From positions 806,001-870,000 of the forward strand of contig MU059072.1 of assembly GCA_013265495.1 (NCBI GenBank): DNA of 64,000 nt, written 5' to 3'. Source of the DNA: Vicugna vicugna (lineage: Eukaryota). The position numbers and the translations under genes were made by a program. The number at the start of each line of letters is the position of its first letter. Position 1 is the first letter of the stretch. Positions 35,781 to 48,840 of the stretch are shown here, in pieces. The notes beneath the pieces are model-generated. The model was not told the DNA's origin and searched no databases. It saw only the letters and a list, made by a program, of their open reading frames with translations.

Positions 35781-38083
35781 CAGCCCTTTGAAGACTTAAA
35801 AACCAGAATGTACCATCCTTATAATGAGGTGCTTTATAATAATGAGAAAGTAGTCACAATTTTTTAACTACGTGTTATTTTATAGTTTGCAAAATCCTTC
35901 ATAAATTTGTATAAAATTCACAGATGTCATCATAGATATGTGTTTAAGTGTCAGATAGGTTTATCTCATTTTAGAGCTGTAATATTATGAATAAACAGAC
36001 ATTGTGAGGACTTGGTATGAGCCAATTATTGTTGGCCGTGGTGAAGAATTCCAGTTTTGGTCAACTCCTGTCCAAGTGACATGGGTGGTTAGTCCAACTC
36101 CATGTCTTCTGCTTCTAATGACAAAGGTTCTTTATACTATGTTACATCATGTTTTTCATAAACAGAAGGTCAAGATTCTCCTCTTGAAGAATGAAAGGAT
36201 GAAAAAAAAATGATTCCAGCTTCTGATCCATTCTGAACAGTATTGTTTGTGTAAATATCAAGATTGTCCGTACAACGTCATCCTCCTTCTTTATTTTAAA
36301 ATTTCCTAGTTTTTGTTTAAACAATCCATTAGGATTTATCATTTATTTGTTCATGAATTTGAAACATTACCTTGAACTTTGTTTCTCATAATGAAAGCAT
36401 CTAGGGCATAAAACTGATAGCCCAATGAAAGGAAGTATTCTAGTAATTGTGAGCAATAACATTTATCCTGGTCCTGAGAGAAAATGTGAATGACATAATA
36501 GTTGAAGCCTCAGAAAGGGGAGATATTTTACTCATGACTGCAAGTAAATCCTGGTTGAAATCTGTTGGCATGATGTTAAGTCATGATTCTGAGAAGCCAA
36601 GTCTTGAGGGACCAGAGTAACACAGTCCAGGCATATAGTTTTCTGATGAGCTCACTGTGTAAGGGGACAAAACTGGAAATATCTTGAGGAATGAAAGTTA
36701 ATACATCCTTTGTTAGGCAGTTTCTCCCATCTATCAATTTCCTTGGTGGGCTTTTGATGACAGCTGTATGGCAAACAGTGTCACACTGAGGTCATTCTCC
36801 CGAAGCACAGGTACTCTTCACTGCTGAGTGGAAGAACATTCACATGCTCCAGGTATTAAAAGGCAAAGATAATTTAACTGGGGTTATTTACGAGCCAGAT
36901 TTATATCCTGCTAGTCTCCAGGTTTGCTGATACCACAGTCTGTATCTGATTCCACTTGTAGCTTTGACACTTGGTGCAGTGCCTGGCTCAGAATGCTCGT
37001 TGTGTGTGTATGGAGCAGTCTGGAACTCATTAATGAAGGATGATGGTACCTCACGTCACTGTGGATGAGGAGCTAATGAAGATTTCTACCTACACGCTAT
37101 CCTATTCCTGAGGATCTCAAAGTTGAAATACTAGAACCTACTTTAAAGTAACATTTTAACGTTTTCTTAAAAATTGTTCAGGACTTAATATGACCTCAAA
37201 TCTTGTAAGTAAATACACTCCCAGTCTTCCAGTGATATCCTCAGCTGTGCTTTGTGCTGCAGAGTAAGGAATACTATTTCCAGAGATGCTAGGTTCTCTG
37301 ACCTAGTCAGAGCAGTCAAATCACACCACCAGGAGACAGCACCTAGGGACACCTTTGCTTTGACTGTGTCAGTAGGGCACATATTATTACTTGGCATGTT
37401 AAGCAACTATTTTTTTCTGGTTTAACAGATATTTACTTCTCTTAATTTGGCGCTATATAGGAAAAATGATTAAGAACATCACTAGAGGCAACCGGAAAAC
37501 CTAATATACGCCTTCTATCTTAAAACCAAGATTGACAGGTTTTATTCTCCTTTATTGGGAGCTATCTTTTTTGGGGTGTTGTTCAGAAAGAGAAGTTGTT
37601 ACTCAGTACTGAGCTAGGAGAGAGCACGTTCCCTGATTTGTCCAGATAAGGTGTGGCAACTTAGATGAAAAGAATGGTTAGTCTGCTCAGCCTAAGGTAA
37701 TCACTTGTAAATTTTTCATCAAAATAGTTCTTCATATCAGTAGTATTTCAAGAATTAGCAATTTTTTTCTTTAGACAATACTCTTTGGATATTGAGGTAG
37801 TCAGTGGGTATCGGTAGATTATTTTTTAATAGAAAGGTAATAAAAATTCATGCAACTTGGTTTACTAATCATTGGGAAAAAGGATGACCCAAAATTTTAT
37901 AGATTTTTTTTTCCCCAACAGTGTTAAAATTGGGGTGAGGAGCATAAAGACTCATGACCGCTGGTCAAGTTGACCTTATGGAATTGAAATTGGAACTAGA
38001 AACAGGTGGGAGAGCTTAGAGTTAAGAAGGAATATTCTAATTACTAGAGTATGTTAATAGCAAAATTGGGAAGTGAGCTCTCA

Positions 38084-38516
38084 GGTTGCAGTGGATGCTC
38101 TGCTGTCCCCCGCTCCTCCCCTCTCCCAGACTGCAGAATGGATTTCCTCAGCTCCTGGGAGTGCTGCCTGCATCCAGCCCTCCATTGCCAGCTCTCTCTG
38201 GGAATTGCCCTTGGCTGAGGAGAGCTGTTTTTCTTGAGCTCACTCCTCATTGCTGGGGTGCACATCATCCAATGACTGAATGATGCCAAGGTATAAAGGC
38301 CTGACCCAACTCTGAAGGTTGTTCCAGCTCCAGTGCTCCCCTCGGGTTGGCTGAGCCCTTACTGTGACCATTATCAGCAGCCCAACTCCTCCCTCTGCCC
38401 AGCCGTCTCCTCCACTCCCCGACGGGCGTTCATTCCCCAGAGAACTTGCTGATAAACTTCTTGCACAAAGATCTCCCTCTGATTCTGCTGCCCAGGAGTG
38501 TGACCAGACCTAAATA
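38084..38516 (+). mobile_element. ERVL solo LTR (LTR16C-like), sense to the gene
   Basis: gttgcagtggatgct...gggaattgcccttggctgaggagagctg...catccaatgactg...ggtataaaggcc...caactctgaagg...cagcccaactcctccctctgccca. Confidence 0.85.
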
Positions 38517-39564
38517 ACTTTCTCATGGACAGCCTAAGGTATTCCTCCAGCATTCATGTGTGAAGGCAGATGTAACAGTCTTCCTCTGAAATTATTTTCT
38601 TCTGATTTGCTTGGGGTTTCATCATCTATTAGCCGTCTATTAATGGAATTCTACCAGGATTTACAGAAAACAGAAAGGATCTAGGGGGACTCATTCAAGA
38701 GAAGTGTTTCAGTTTATGGAGAAGATTGAAGAGAATACAGTTTCTGCACAACTCTCTGTGGGCTTATTGTTCAGGTAAAACTTAGTAAGTGAATTGATCA
38801 TTCTGTTTTCAAAATAGGAAGGCCAAATTGTCTGTAGATAATGCACAATAGGTCCTGTAAGGATTTGTAGAAATTAGGCAGGGCATCTCTAATATTTTTT
38901 CTCAGCAAATTGTTAAACTAAGTTATCCATGCTATAGGACAGTATCTTTTTATCATCTCTCCCTCTTCTCACCCTTTCCCCTGGCAGAGTGGATGCAAGA
39001 GCATCTTAAACAGCTAACGACCAACCTCCCTGTGTGGTCCTGCCTCAGCATCAGCATGGTGTTAATAAAAAGGGAGGGAAAGGGGGAAACATCTGCATTC
39101 TTCAAAATAAGTAGATTCCAAAGATATGAGTATTATACTCATTCTCAGTGTAATGAGATCCTGTTCACCAGTCTCTTGTTTGAGGATTAAGGCCAAACTG
39201 TATGTCTTACTCCAGTGTGGCACTGACAGCAGTGGATTTGAAAAGAACCAGAAACTGCTGCTGGACGTTTGTGTCAGGGGACCATGCAGCATGAAGTCAC
39301 AAGCACGCAGTCGCAAGCTGTCCTTGGATCCGCTGGTTTTAAACACTGGGAGTCTGCACTGTTGCTTGGTTGAATCCCTTTGAATCCCTTCAGCTCCTTA
39401 GAGTCCATTCACTTTCTAAATAGGCAATATATAATTATCATAGAAAATAAAGTAAAAACCCCAATAAGTACAGATTTATTAAGAGCATGGCTTTGTAATC
39501 AGGCAGATTCAGGCTGCAGTTCAGTTCTGCCACTTACATGTGACCTTGAAAGGGTTCTTTTCTT

Positions 39565-40090
39565 CTATTTTTTTTTACTCCCCAAATGTCCTTTAAAATA
39601 CCAATATATGCAATGCCAGAAATTCAAACAGTCCAGAAAAGTATACAATGAAATGGAGTCGCCCTTACATCCTGGTTCTCTTCATTTCCTTTCTCTGATG
39701 GCAACGACTGAACAGTTTCTTGTGTGTCTTTCAAGAAATTTTCTATGCTTCAAAACAAAGTCTTACCATGCATATGTAGTGTTCTGCATTTGTTTGTTTT
39801 CAGCCTAATAATGTAACTTACAGAATATATCATATCAGCATATACAGACCTATCCTATTCTTTTTAGTGGCTGCGTTGTATTCCATTGAGTAGATGAGCC
39901 ATGATTGGATAGGCTTATCCTGGTACATCTGTCTAATTCTTACTGATGGGCATTGATGGTTTCTCATAGGTTGCTGTTATAAATAATACTGCAAAAACAT
40001 CCTTGTACATCCATCTTTGAGCTCTTGTATGATCAGTTCTTTAAAGTGGAATGTCAAAGTATGTGGGTGTTTAAATTTTTGATATATATT
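39565..40090 (-). mobile_element. Old L1M 3' fragment nested in a MIR
   Basis: catatcagcatatacagacctatcctattctttttagtggctgcgttgtattccattg...gatgggcattgatggtttctc; MIR halves at about 39480-39550 and 40095-40225. Confidence 0.65.
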
Positions 40091-40228
40091 GCACAATAGG
40101 ATAAAAGTCCTAATTTCTTTGAACCTCAGTTTTCTAATCTGAGTAAAGTTGCTAAAATGGGAGTAGCAACAGTATCTATCTCCTAGGGTTGCTGGGAAGA
40201 TTAAATGAGATAAGATACAGGAATAGTA

Positions 40229-40401
40229 TTGCCAGATGTAGCAAATGTGGATAGGACATCCAGTTAAATTTGAAGTGCAGTAAACAGTGATGAGATTTTA
40301 GTGTAACTATATACCAAATATTACCTGGGACACAAACTAAAAATTACTGGTTGTTTATCTGAAATTCAAATTTAATTGGGTGTTACAATTTTATTTGGCA
40401 A
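40229..40401. mobile_element. MER53 palindromic hAT MITE inserted into a MIR
   Basis: ttgccagatgtagcaaat...catccagttaaatttgaa...gtttatctgaaattcaaatttaattggg...tttatttggcaa; the two arms are mutually complementary. Confidence 0.8.
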
Positions 40402-40528
40402 AAATCCTATACATGAAGGGATCAGCACAGTCCCTGGAATACGTTAGCACCAAATGAACTGTTGGTTCTTGTTAGACATTCAGAGAAATGCTATCATTCA
40501 ACAAACATTTTTGGGAATAATGATTCTA

Positions 40529-40560
40529 AATTAATTAATTAATTAATTAATTAATTAATT
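40529..40560. repeat. (AATT)8 self-complementary microsatellite
   Basis: Read directly; adjacent to an L2 3' end. Confidence 0.95.
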
Positions 40561-41353
40561 ATTCTTTCAACAAATACTGGGTGCCTACTATAAACTAGAC
40601 ATTATTCTAGGTCCCAAGGATACACTGGTGAATGAGACTAAGTCTGCCTGAGCAGAGGAATGCTTTTGTGTGTTATAGATCTGACGTAGGCTTGAGAAGA
40701 ATGTATGTGGATTGTATGGTAAATGAAGTGAAGTCAATTATATTGCCCTTCTTTTTTATCTTCTGTCTCTAGTACCCCAACATCGCTTCTGTAGCTTTGG
40801 GGGAAGTCCTCTGTTCAGGAATTAGTGTTGCTAATGGGCAATCAGGAACATTAGATTGTGGAAAGGATAACAGGAGCCTGGAGAAGACCAGTGAGGATCT
40901 CCTCCTTCTGTCCCTAAGTTTTAGCAATGGGCTTGTATCTTGCTCGAGGTAAATATATCATTTCAAGTCTCTGGAGCCAGTGGCGCAGTGACATGGAGCA
41001 TGGTTGGTGCTAGCTCACTCTCCTTTCTTTAGGGAGGTAGTACCTTTGGAATTTAAATTTTATGAGTCATTTTCTTGAATTTTGGTTTATTATGTAGTGA
41101 GTGGCTTGTGAGCTCACATAAGGTAAAGGCTAACTTACTACCCCAACTATTTTGAAAAATTTGGTTCAAGGAAGCATCAGCTAGATGTATGTTCATTTCA
41201 AAACCTGAAGCAATTAATTACATGATGATACTGAAAATTGAAGCATATTTTAAAATCTTAGAATTTCTTGATTTAGTGCAATTACATGAATTAACTTCCT
41301 TTCAGAATATTTATGTACTGCAAATCCTCTACTGGAGTGGGACGGCTTTTCTT

Positions 41354-41481
41354 TTTTTTTTTTGGCCAGGGGATTAGGTTTATTTATTTATTTAATTTAT
41401 TTATAATGGAGGTACTGGGGATTGAACCCAAGACCTCTTGCATGCTAAGCACGTATTCTACCACGAAGCTATACCCTCCCC
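41354..41481 (-). mobile_element. tRNA-Ala-derived SINE (camelid vic-1 type)
   Basis: Minus strand reads GGGAGGGTATAGCTTCGTGGTAGAATACGTGCTTAGCATGCAAGAGGTCTTGGGTTCAATCCCCAGTACCTCCA, then an (AAAT)n/poly(A) tail. Near-TSD GGCTTTT(T)CTT at 41344 and 41491. Confidence 0.88.
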
Positions 41482-44386
41482 TCGCACGAGGGCTTTTTCT
41501 TAACAAAGGTAAAAACAAAGTTTGAAGATGTTGAGTCTATGGACCAGTGTCATTGTCATAGCCCGTGAGGCCATCCTGTGCTCCCCTCAGAGCTCCACTG
41601 CAAACTTGCTTCAACCATGAGCTCTGAGAACAGCTGCACCACACATGGAGAGCCAGGGAGCGTCTGTTTTTGTTGTTTCAGGATGATGAGAAAATGCAAG
41701 CTAAAATCTTAGAAGTCTAGAAATATTTTGGAGATGAGCTTTGAAGGAAATTTTCCTATTTGTCCCTCTAGTCCTGCTAATATGTCTTTGATGTCATGTA
41801 GTCAGTGGTAGTGGTTGTGAGTAGGAAAAGAAAAATGGTGGGATTTAAAATATATTTGATTTAAATTCCTTTGCAGATCTTTATCAGTTTATTCTTGTTC
41901 AGTGAGTTTGGGTACTTCTGTAGCTATGACCCTTAGTGCTCATGGAAGTATGTCTCTGAGGTCCTAGCTAGGTACAGTTACGATTTTAAGTACAGGTAAG
42001 ACAGAGTAGGAAATGACATTTAAAAAAAAAACTCCTCTGATTATATTATACACATTGATTACTCTGCAGATACATATTCAAATAAGAAGCTTAACCAAGA
42101 CATCACACACAGCACATAGCTTATCAGTATCTCCAGGCCCTTTTCCTTCAGAACCCTAATTACAGCTGTAGAGTGTTGTGACTCTCTCTAAAATAATCTA
42201 TTTTGTACTTCCTTTTCAGTTCCTGGTAACCTCATCAAGTCATAAGATGCCTTTCTATCATAATCTCTCTTTGTAAGGGTTATGCTCTTCTTGGTAGGAC
42301 GCTGTCTACAAATCTGACAAATGTGTCAGTGAGTAGGTTGTGTACATTACTGATGAGGTAGCTGGATACTGCTAGGGTCAGGGTCAACATCCAGGGAAGA
42401 CCACTTGCTGGCTCTTGCCAGATTGCTAATTAGTTTTGGATAATATTTCCTTTGAGGAAAATCCCATGGTTGGGTATCTTCACAACAGTACTTTGCTTCA
42501 AGTTCAGAAAAATGTGTCAAACTACACTGTTGTCTGGTGAAGTTCTCTATAGCTCATCGCCCACAGAGTTGATGTGTCCTGTGAAACTTGTACATGCACG
42601 TGCCAGACAGTTTTTAAGATTTCACATACTGTTAGTCATGGGCTTTGGAAGCAAAGTATTTGGAGTGTTCCTCTTTAGGGAAGGACTTTCCATTGGGATA
42701 GGCAGAGCGGATAGAGTAGGTGTTGGAAGATACCTGGAGTTAACAAAGGGGCCTTTTGGGAAGCGGAGATCCTAACGGTATGTTCTGGGCAGAGGGCAGG
42801 CAGGTGGCAAGAGAGAAAAAGGAGTAGAGCAAGATGAAGTAGGGAGCTTGGGCTCGTAAATTGTATTACAGGTATTCCCTGTTTCCTTGGCCTCTTGGAT
42901 GACATTAGCAGATTCATGATCAGATCTTAGTAAAGGATGATCAAATGATTTATTCTAAGTGTTTTTCTACTTTTGGAAATGTTTAAAAAGTTAGAAAGTA
43001 GAGGGTAAAATACAAATGGGGTGTGGGTAGGAGGAGCACGAGGAAAGGTGTTTTTCTCTGCCTTATCACTCCTCTGTATTGTCCCAATAGAACTTATGTT
43101 TAGCATATCAGATTGTTCCATATTGGGATTCTTTGCATGCTTTGGGGCTTTGTAAATATTTGTCTTAAAGAGATTTTTATTCTAAAGTTTTTCCAGGTGT
43201 AGCAGTTAATTCAGGTGATTCCCATGGATACCCCCAGACCTTTAAAAACACCTTTCCAATTGTTTTGATTTTTATGGAGCTGGGGGGAATATTATGATAC
43301 TAAATTTGAGAAAAATAAGTGAGAATTTAAGTAAGAAAACTCAGGTTTTGGTTTGTTCCCCTAAATAGTGGCTATTGTTATTTACCTGTGCAGACTTAAC
43401 TCAAATGTGCCTTTAAAAATGTGTAAGAGATCCTGTAGCATTTTCTTTTCACTTGGGTTGATTTTTACATTTGGATGCAAGAGGTAGGATGTGGTCCCTT
43501 CCTAGAACTTACAGTATACAGGTAGGAGGAATAGGAGTTTGGAAATGAGACTTAGAATCATCTCAGCTTCTCCTAGAAGCAGATGCACTTTCAGTAGAGA
43601 CTTCAGGGCAATTCAGTAGCGGTGCAGTTTCTGTAACGAAAGACTTGGACTCCGTCTTGGTCCATTGACATGGTTTTTTATCTGAGATGCTGTCCCATGA
43701 GAAAGTCATAAATGCTCCAAAGAAGGTCCCCCCAGAAGAAATAAGCCCACACATAATCTATCCATACCTGTAAAAATAAATAAAATGAGATTTAAAGGCA
43801 TCCTAGGTTCTCTTGTTTTCATTGAACTAGATAAAGTGCAGAGAAGTATGGCATTGGAAAAATGATTGAATTCTGGCTGGAGATGAAAATGCTGCGATTG
43901 AAAACTTTCCAGAACAGCATGTACTTGGATCTGTATTAAAGAAAAATTCTTTGACTGTTTAAGCCAAATGACCCAGCAGGGTTGATAGTGTGAGGCATAT
44001 TTCATGGTTGTATAAATATTTAAAACTGTTTTCCAGCTTATAAAACAAGTAAATTAGGTTGTTTTTAAAAAACTGCACCATGAAATTAACCTGTCCACTT
44101 TAACTTGTTGGGGAACCTGCCCTACTCCTCTCAGGTCCCAACCTTCTCTCCTAAAAGGGAATCGCTGAGAAAGAAGTGTGAAGAGGTTTTCCAACTTGGG
44201 AAACAAAGCTGGTTTACGTTTCAGGGAATTTCAGAAGGGATGATTAACATCACGGATACTGCCACAGGTGGTTTGTTTCCAGATAGCCCCGCGGGGCCTG
44301 ACCAACGAGACACAATAGCTTTTTGTCATAAACCCTTTGAATTTGGCCAAGGGTAGACTTGGGGCTCCATTATATACATGTGCCTC

Positions 44387-44423
44387 CAAACAAACAAACA
44401 AACAAACAAACAAACAAAAAAAA
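44387..44423. repeat. (CAAA)8 microsatellite plus A-run
   Basis: Read directly. Confidence 0.95.
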
Positions 44424-45090
44424 CAGTGCAGCATCTTGGCTGTGTTCTCAGTTCTGAGCTGTTGGTCCTAGCTGTTTGAATGCCACCAAGCTGTGCTGTG
44501 GCCAGCGTGCTCTGGATGACTTGTAGGTGATCTTTCTGGGTCAGTCTTCCTTTTGTCACCTATTGTTGTTCTTGCCTTTTCCAAAATTTTTATTCTTTTT
44601 CCTCTTGCTTGCATATTAGCCCTGAACTCTTTCCCTTGCCTGTCTCCTCCTTCACGTCTCGTCTCCAGTTAAGCAGACTTCTGAGACAACAACAGTGATG
44701 TTTCTATGCTTATGAATATAGTTGGAAAAGAATGTTAATGACTGAATATATTCCCCTCCTCCCCACCCCCGACTTTCTTTTTTTTAACGTTCTGACCAAG
44801 GATATGCAAGTAAGTGTTAACAGCTGTTGTAAAAAACTGGCACCTTGTGGGGTGGTAACAGCACTAAGCCAAGAGTTGGGCTTTTTGAGTTTAGCCCCAG
44901 GTTTCCTTGGGCAAATCCCTTGACCTCTCTGGGCCTTAGTTCTCACATCACTCTGATAAAGACTTTGTTATACTTATACGAGATCCTTTGAATTTAGAGT
45001 CTAGAAAGAAGTTTTATCTGCTTCTTCTGCCATGATGCTCCATTGTTCTTCTTTGTTCCTGAAAAAAATTAATTTTGTTTTTGTTCTTAG

Positions 45091-45163
45091 ACTGCAGAAT
45101 GAAAAATGGATGAATGTCAAAGTGGGAGACATCATTAAATTAGAAAATAACCAATTTGTTGCT
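45091..45163 (+). CDS. ATP8B4: ATP8B4 coding exon (73 nt, phase 2-0): (K)LQNEKWMNVKVGDIIKLENNQFVA (actuator domain)
   Basis: Acceptor tttttgttcttag|A; donor GCT|gtgagt. P-type ATPase W..V.VGDII motif. Confidence 0.97.
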
Positions 45164-47600
45164 GTGAGTATTTAGTATTTAAGGAATTTATCTCATTAAA
45201 ATAGCGTACGTACTAAAATATTTATATTTGCAAATTTAGTAAATCTGTACTAATTTAGCATAGTTAAGGAAGGAATATCAGAATGTATTAGTAAAAAGTC
45301 TCAATTATAAAATTTTTAAAAAGAAAATTAATTGACTAATGACGTTTAATGATATAGTAACTCTAATAAATAAGGCTGAATGATTATCACCTTCTTATTT
45401 CCTTTGGGATCTTTTAAATTAATAGTTAAGAAAGATTTAAAATTAGGATGTCAATCATTTGCTGTAAATAAGAGCTTTTAAAATGTCCCAGAGTACTTTA
45501 AAAAATATTTTTTTCTCACACAGTTTGAACATTGTCCCCTAATAATGGGATTAATACTGTTAATTTGCAATATATTTGAAGAAATGATTAGCTAGAGAAA
45601 GAGAAAATGGATACTTTTTCCTGAATAATCACAGTCAGAAAATGTCTTTTGAATGTTCTTAATAAATGCTATTTATGAGGTTTTATTTTGTATATCAAAT
45701 GCACTATAATTTATATTCTCAAGCTGCCTATGTTACAATTTCGTTAATAACATTCAAGGGATCGGTTCAATAACTAAAATATATGCACCAAACTATAGTT
45801 CATATAAAATGTAGGGCTATAATAGCCATCCAGATCTGAGATTAAAATTCAAACTATCGTAATCTTTATGTCAAATATATATTAGATTACTTATGAAAAT
45901 TTTTGTGTTAATGCCATTTTATTTATCAAGTTGTGTTCATCATTAAATTTGAGACATTTTCCCATAGGAAAAAACAAATGGCCCCAAGATCTATTTGAAA
46001 GAACAACTCAGTTGAGATTCTTAAGCATTCACTTTCAGAAACAGTCTTCTTTCCTTAATGCATCGTCTGTATGTACTGATTCTCTGGAAGAGCCCAGGCT
46101 AAGGCGGCTGACTATTTAGTGGACAGGCCATTCAAAAAGAGTTCACACTTTAAATATAAAAGTGCTTATTTCCCTGACAACCTCAATTCTTTGTAAAGTA
46201 GCTGAGAACCAAAAATAAGCAAAAAGATGTCATTGCAGCCAAAACTGAGGTCTCAAAGTCCACGCATTGTAACCTAGGTTCCTTAGACATGGGACAGTCT
46301 GCCAGGTTCTCATAATCTATTTACTTTTACATCGGACACAATTTTAAATACCTTATCCAACTTATTTTCCAGCTCATTAAAGATAAGGAGCAGTACACTG
46401 CGGGTAGCATCTGTTAGAAGGACAGACCCTGTATGAAAGATGGAGGCTTACTGTAAGATACAGTGTAAGGGCACCAGATGGGGAACTGGATGAGAATGGA
46501 GTCTTTGCTCCATTCCTGCAGTGACAGCACTTTATCCCCTCTGCCTTTGGTTTATTTCTTCATGTGTCAAATCTAGGTGCAAGACTACTGTATTATCTCA
46601 GAGGTCCCTTTCAGCCCTTACTTGCTGTGATTCTCTGAGCTGAGACTACAAGATTCTTACAGGCAAAGAGCACATTGCTTTCCCTGGTCTCCAACAATTG
46701 ATACCATGTTGGATCACAGGGGGCACTTAATAAATGTTAGTTGAATGAATTAATATCAATCTTTTGTAGGAAAGAAGACAGAAACAAAAGTAGATACAAA
46801 TTTTGAAAATTTAAGGTGTTCTGAATCAATGGGGTACTAATAAACAGATCTATATGCTGTAATTAAGAAAAGATCACATATATTCAGGGTTCTTTGCTTG
46901 AATAAACGGCCCCATATAACTTATTTTAGTTCTACTTTCAATTAAAATGATTACAGTGAAAAAGTTTTGGTGCTTCTAAGCGGATAAATTTTTTTTAATG
47001 GGCATATGTGGTATTCTAAGATGATGCATTCAAAAAATTTTTTGGCAATTTTTGCCAGACATGATATTAGATTATAGTGGAATTATCAAAAAATTAAAGT
47101 ACTCCAGACATTTAACTATTATTTTATTTGGAACTGAATACGTCAGGGGCAACGCTGGGTAATTTCTGCCTCAGGTATTCAGCAGAAACAATGTGTTTTA
47201 AAAGTTCTGTGGATATACTCTAACGGGTAAATATCAGATTGAACTCACTTTATGTTCATTCATCCGATTCTCTGGGGTGATTCCCATAAAGGCAGGAATC
47301 CAATTTGTGTCTCAAATCTCCTAACTCCAAGGATCTCATGGACTGCATATCTGTGCTCCCAGTTGCCCTCTCTCCTTGATGTTCTGCTTTGCACTTCCAT
47401 TGGCCTTTAGTTGTATTTTCTATGTTATAGCATGCATACTTGCTTGTTATTGCAAACCCTTTTGTGGAATGAAGCATGGAAGTCAAGTGTAAGTGCGAGC
47501 ATCAGGTGGAAGGAAACCGGTTCCATGGGCGCATCATTAGCACTAATTTAAAATGAATTGCATGCTTAGACAAGTTTCAAGAAGTCAGTGATCCATGTAT

Positions 47601-47812
47601 CCCCACTGTCCAATAGGACCTTCTAAAGTGAAGGAAATGTTCTATATTTGTGCTGTTCAGATACAGAACAGCCAGTAGCACCACGTGAATACTGAGCACT
47701 TGAAATGTGGCTAGTGCAGCTGAGGAACTGAATGTTAAATTCTGTTTGTTTTTTATGAATTTAGATTTAAATAGCCACATGTGACTTGTGGCTACCTTAC
47801 TGGACAGTGTAG
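47601..47812. mobile_element. MER3 hAT-Charlie MITE, near full length
   Basis: cactgtccaatagg...ggaaatgttctatatttgtgctgttc...gagcacttgaaatgtggctagtgcagctgaggaactgaa...atagccacatgtg...tggacagtgtag. Confidence 0.88.
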
Positions 47813-48589
47813 AGGTAGCCTCTTTATTGTGGCTACATGATGGGGTGGAAATGCTTATTCTCTGCTCTTCTCTAGGTCCCATTCTTCCTGTTTTCACATG
47901 GAGGGAGAGCCCCAAAATAACAGTGTCTTGCACCCCCTTGCTTGCTCCCCTCTCCTGGGAGTGACTTCTCTGATTGTTGAGTTTGGGGGCAGGGAGTTGT
48001 GTGCATGACCTGGTGCTTCCTTCCTTCCTTTTTTTTTGTGCTGTCTGTGTGCAGAAAGTACTTTCTGCCCTGCTTGTTCACAATATCGATTTTACAGGAG
48101 CAGATCGGAGGTTAAGAGCCTCCAGCTTCTGGGCTAGATGATTCTGTCTAACAGGGGTGAAGTATTAGCAAGTCCTTTCTGCTCACAGACCTAGAGCCTG
48201 GTCTCCAACAGCTTTATCAGTAACAAAGGTGATATTTTAATCTCCATTGATCTCTGTCTGATTCCTACAGTTATAGCTGTGTTGGTTTAATCTTTGGCTG
48301 AGTGTGGTAGGGAGTGCTCCAAATGGCAGAACATGCCTCTTGATTAGATCACTTCATTCAGAGTTTCTCCATGTCTAGCTACTCAGCACCTACAAAACTA
48401 TTCTCAAGGGCAAGCAAATGTTTTTATGTGTGAACGGCTGTAATCACTTGGAATTAACGAATCTACCTTCCTACTCCCTGGCATCAGCTGGCAGGGGCTG
48501 ACAGAGAGCTCATATTTGGGGAGAAACAATCCCCGGTCTCTAAAAGAGACACTTCAGAGTTGTTGGACCCAGGTACATCTTGGGACACC

Positions 48590-48840
48590 AGGTCATGAAG
48601 ATCATGGTAATAATAGCTGGCCTTTAATGACTGCATGCTACATGCCAGACAATATTGTAAAGTCTTTATATGACTTAACTAATTTAATCCTCACGTTAGT
48701 CCAGTGATGGCAGGTTATGTACTATTAGTGTTCTCATTTTATAGATAAGAAAATGGAGTCACAGTGCTATCAAATAGCTTGTCAATAGGAGAGGCAGGAA
48801 TTAAACTCAGGCCATCTGGGTTTTAACCTCACTCTTTCCC
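48590..48840 (-). mobile_element. MIR SINE
   Basis: ttaatcctcac...cattttatagataagaaaatggagtcacag. Confidence 0.7.

Noticed and set aside
19520-38456. Loss of AATAAA in three sense LTRs as evidence of selection against premature polyadenylation
   Set aside because: Neutral decay of such old LTRs would usually break a hexamer anyway, and the LTR at 6062 retains it.
44105-44423. 83-aa ORF followed by a (CAAA)n/A tail as a processed pseudogene
   Set aside because: No TSD, no AATAAA and no recognisable protein. The GCCCCGCGGGGC palindrome at 44286-44297 is isolated.
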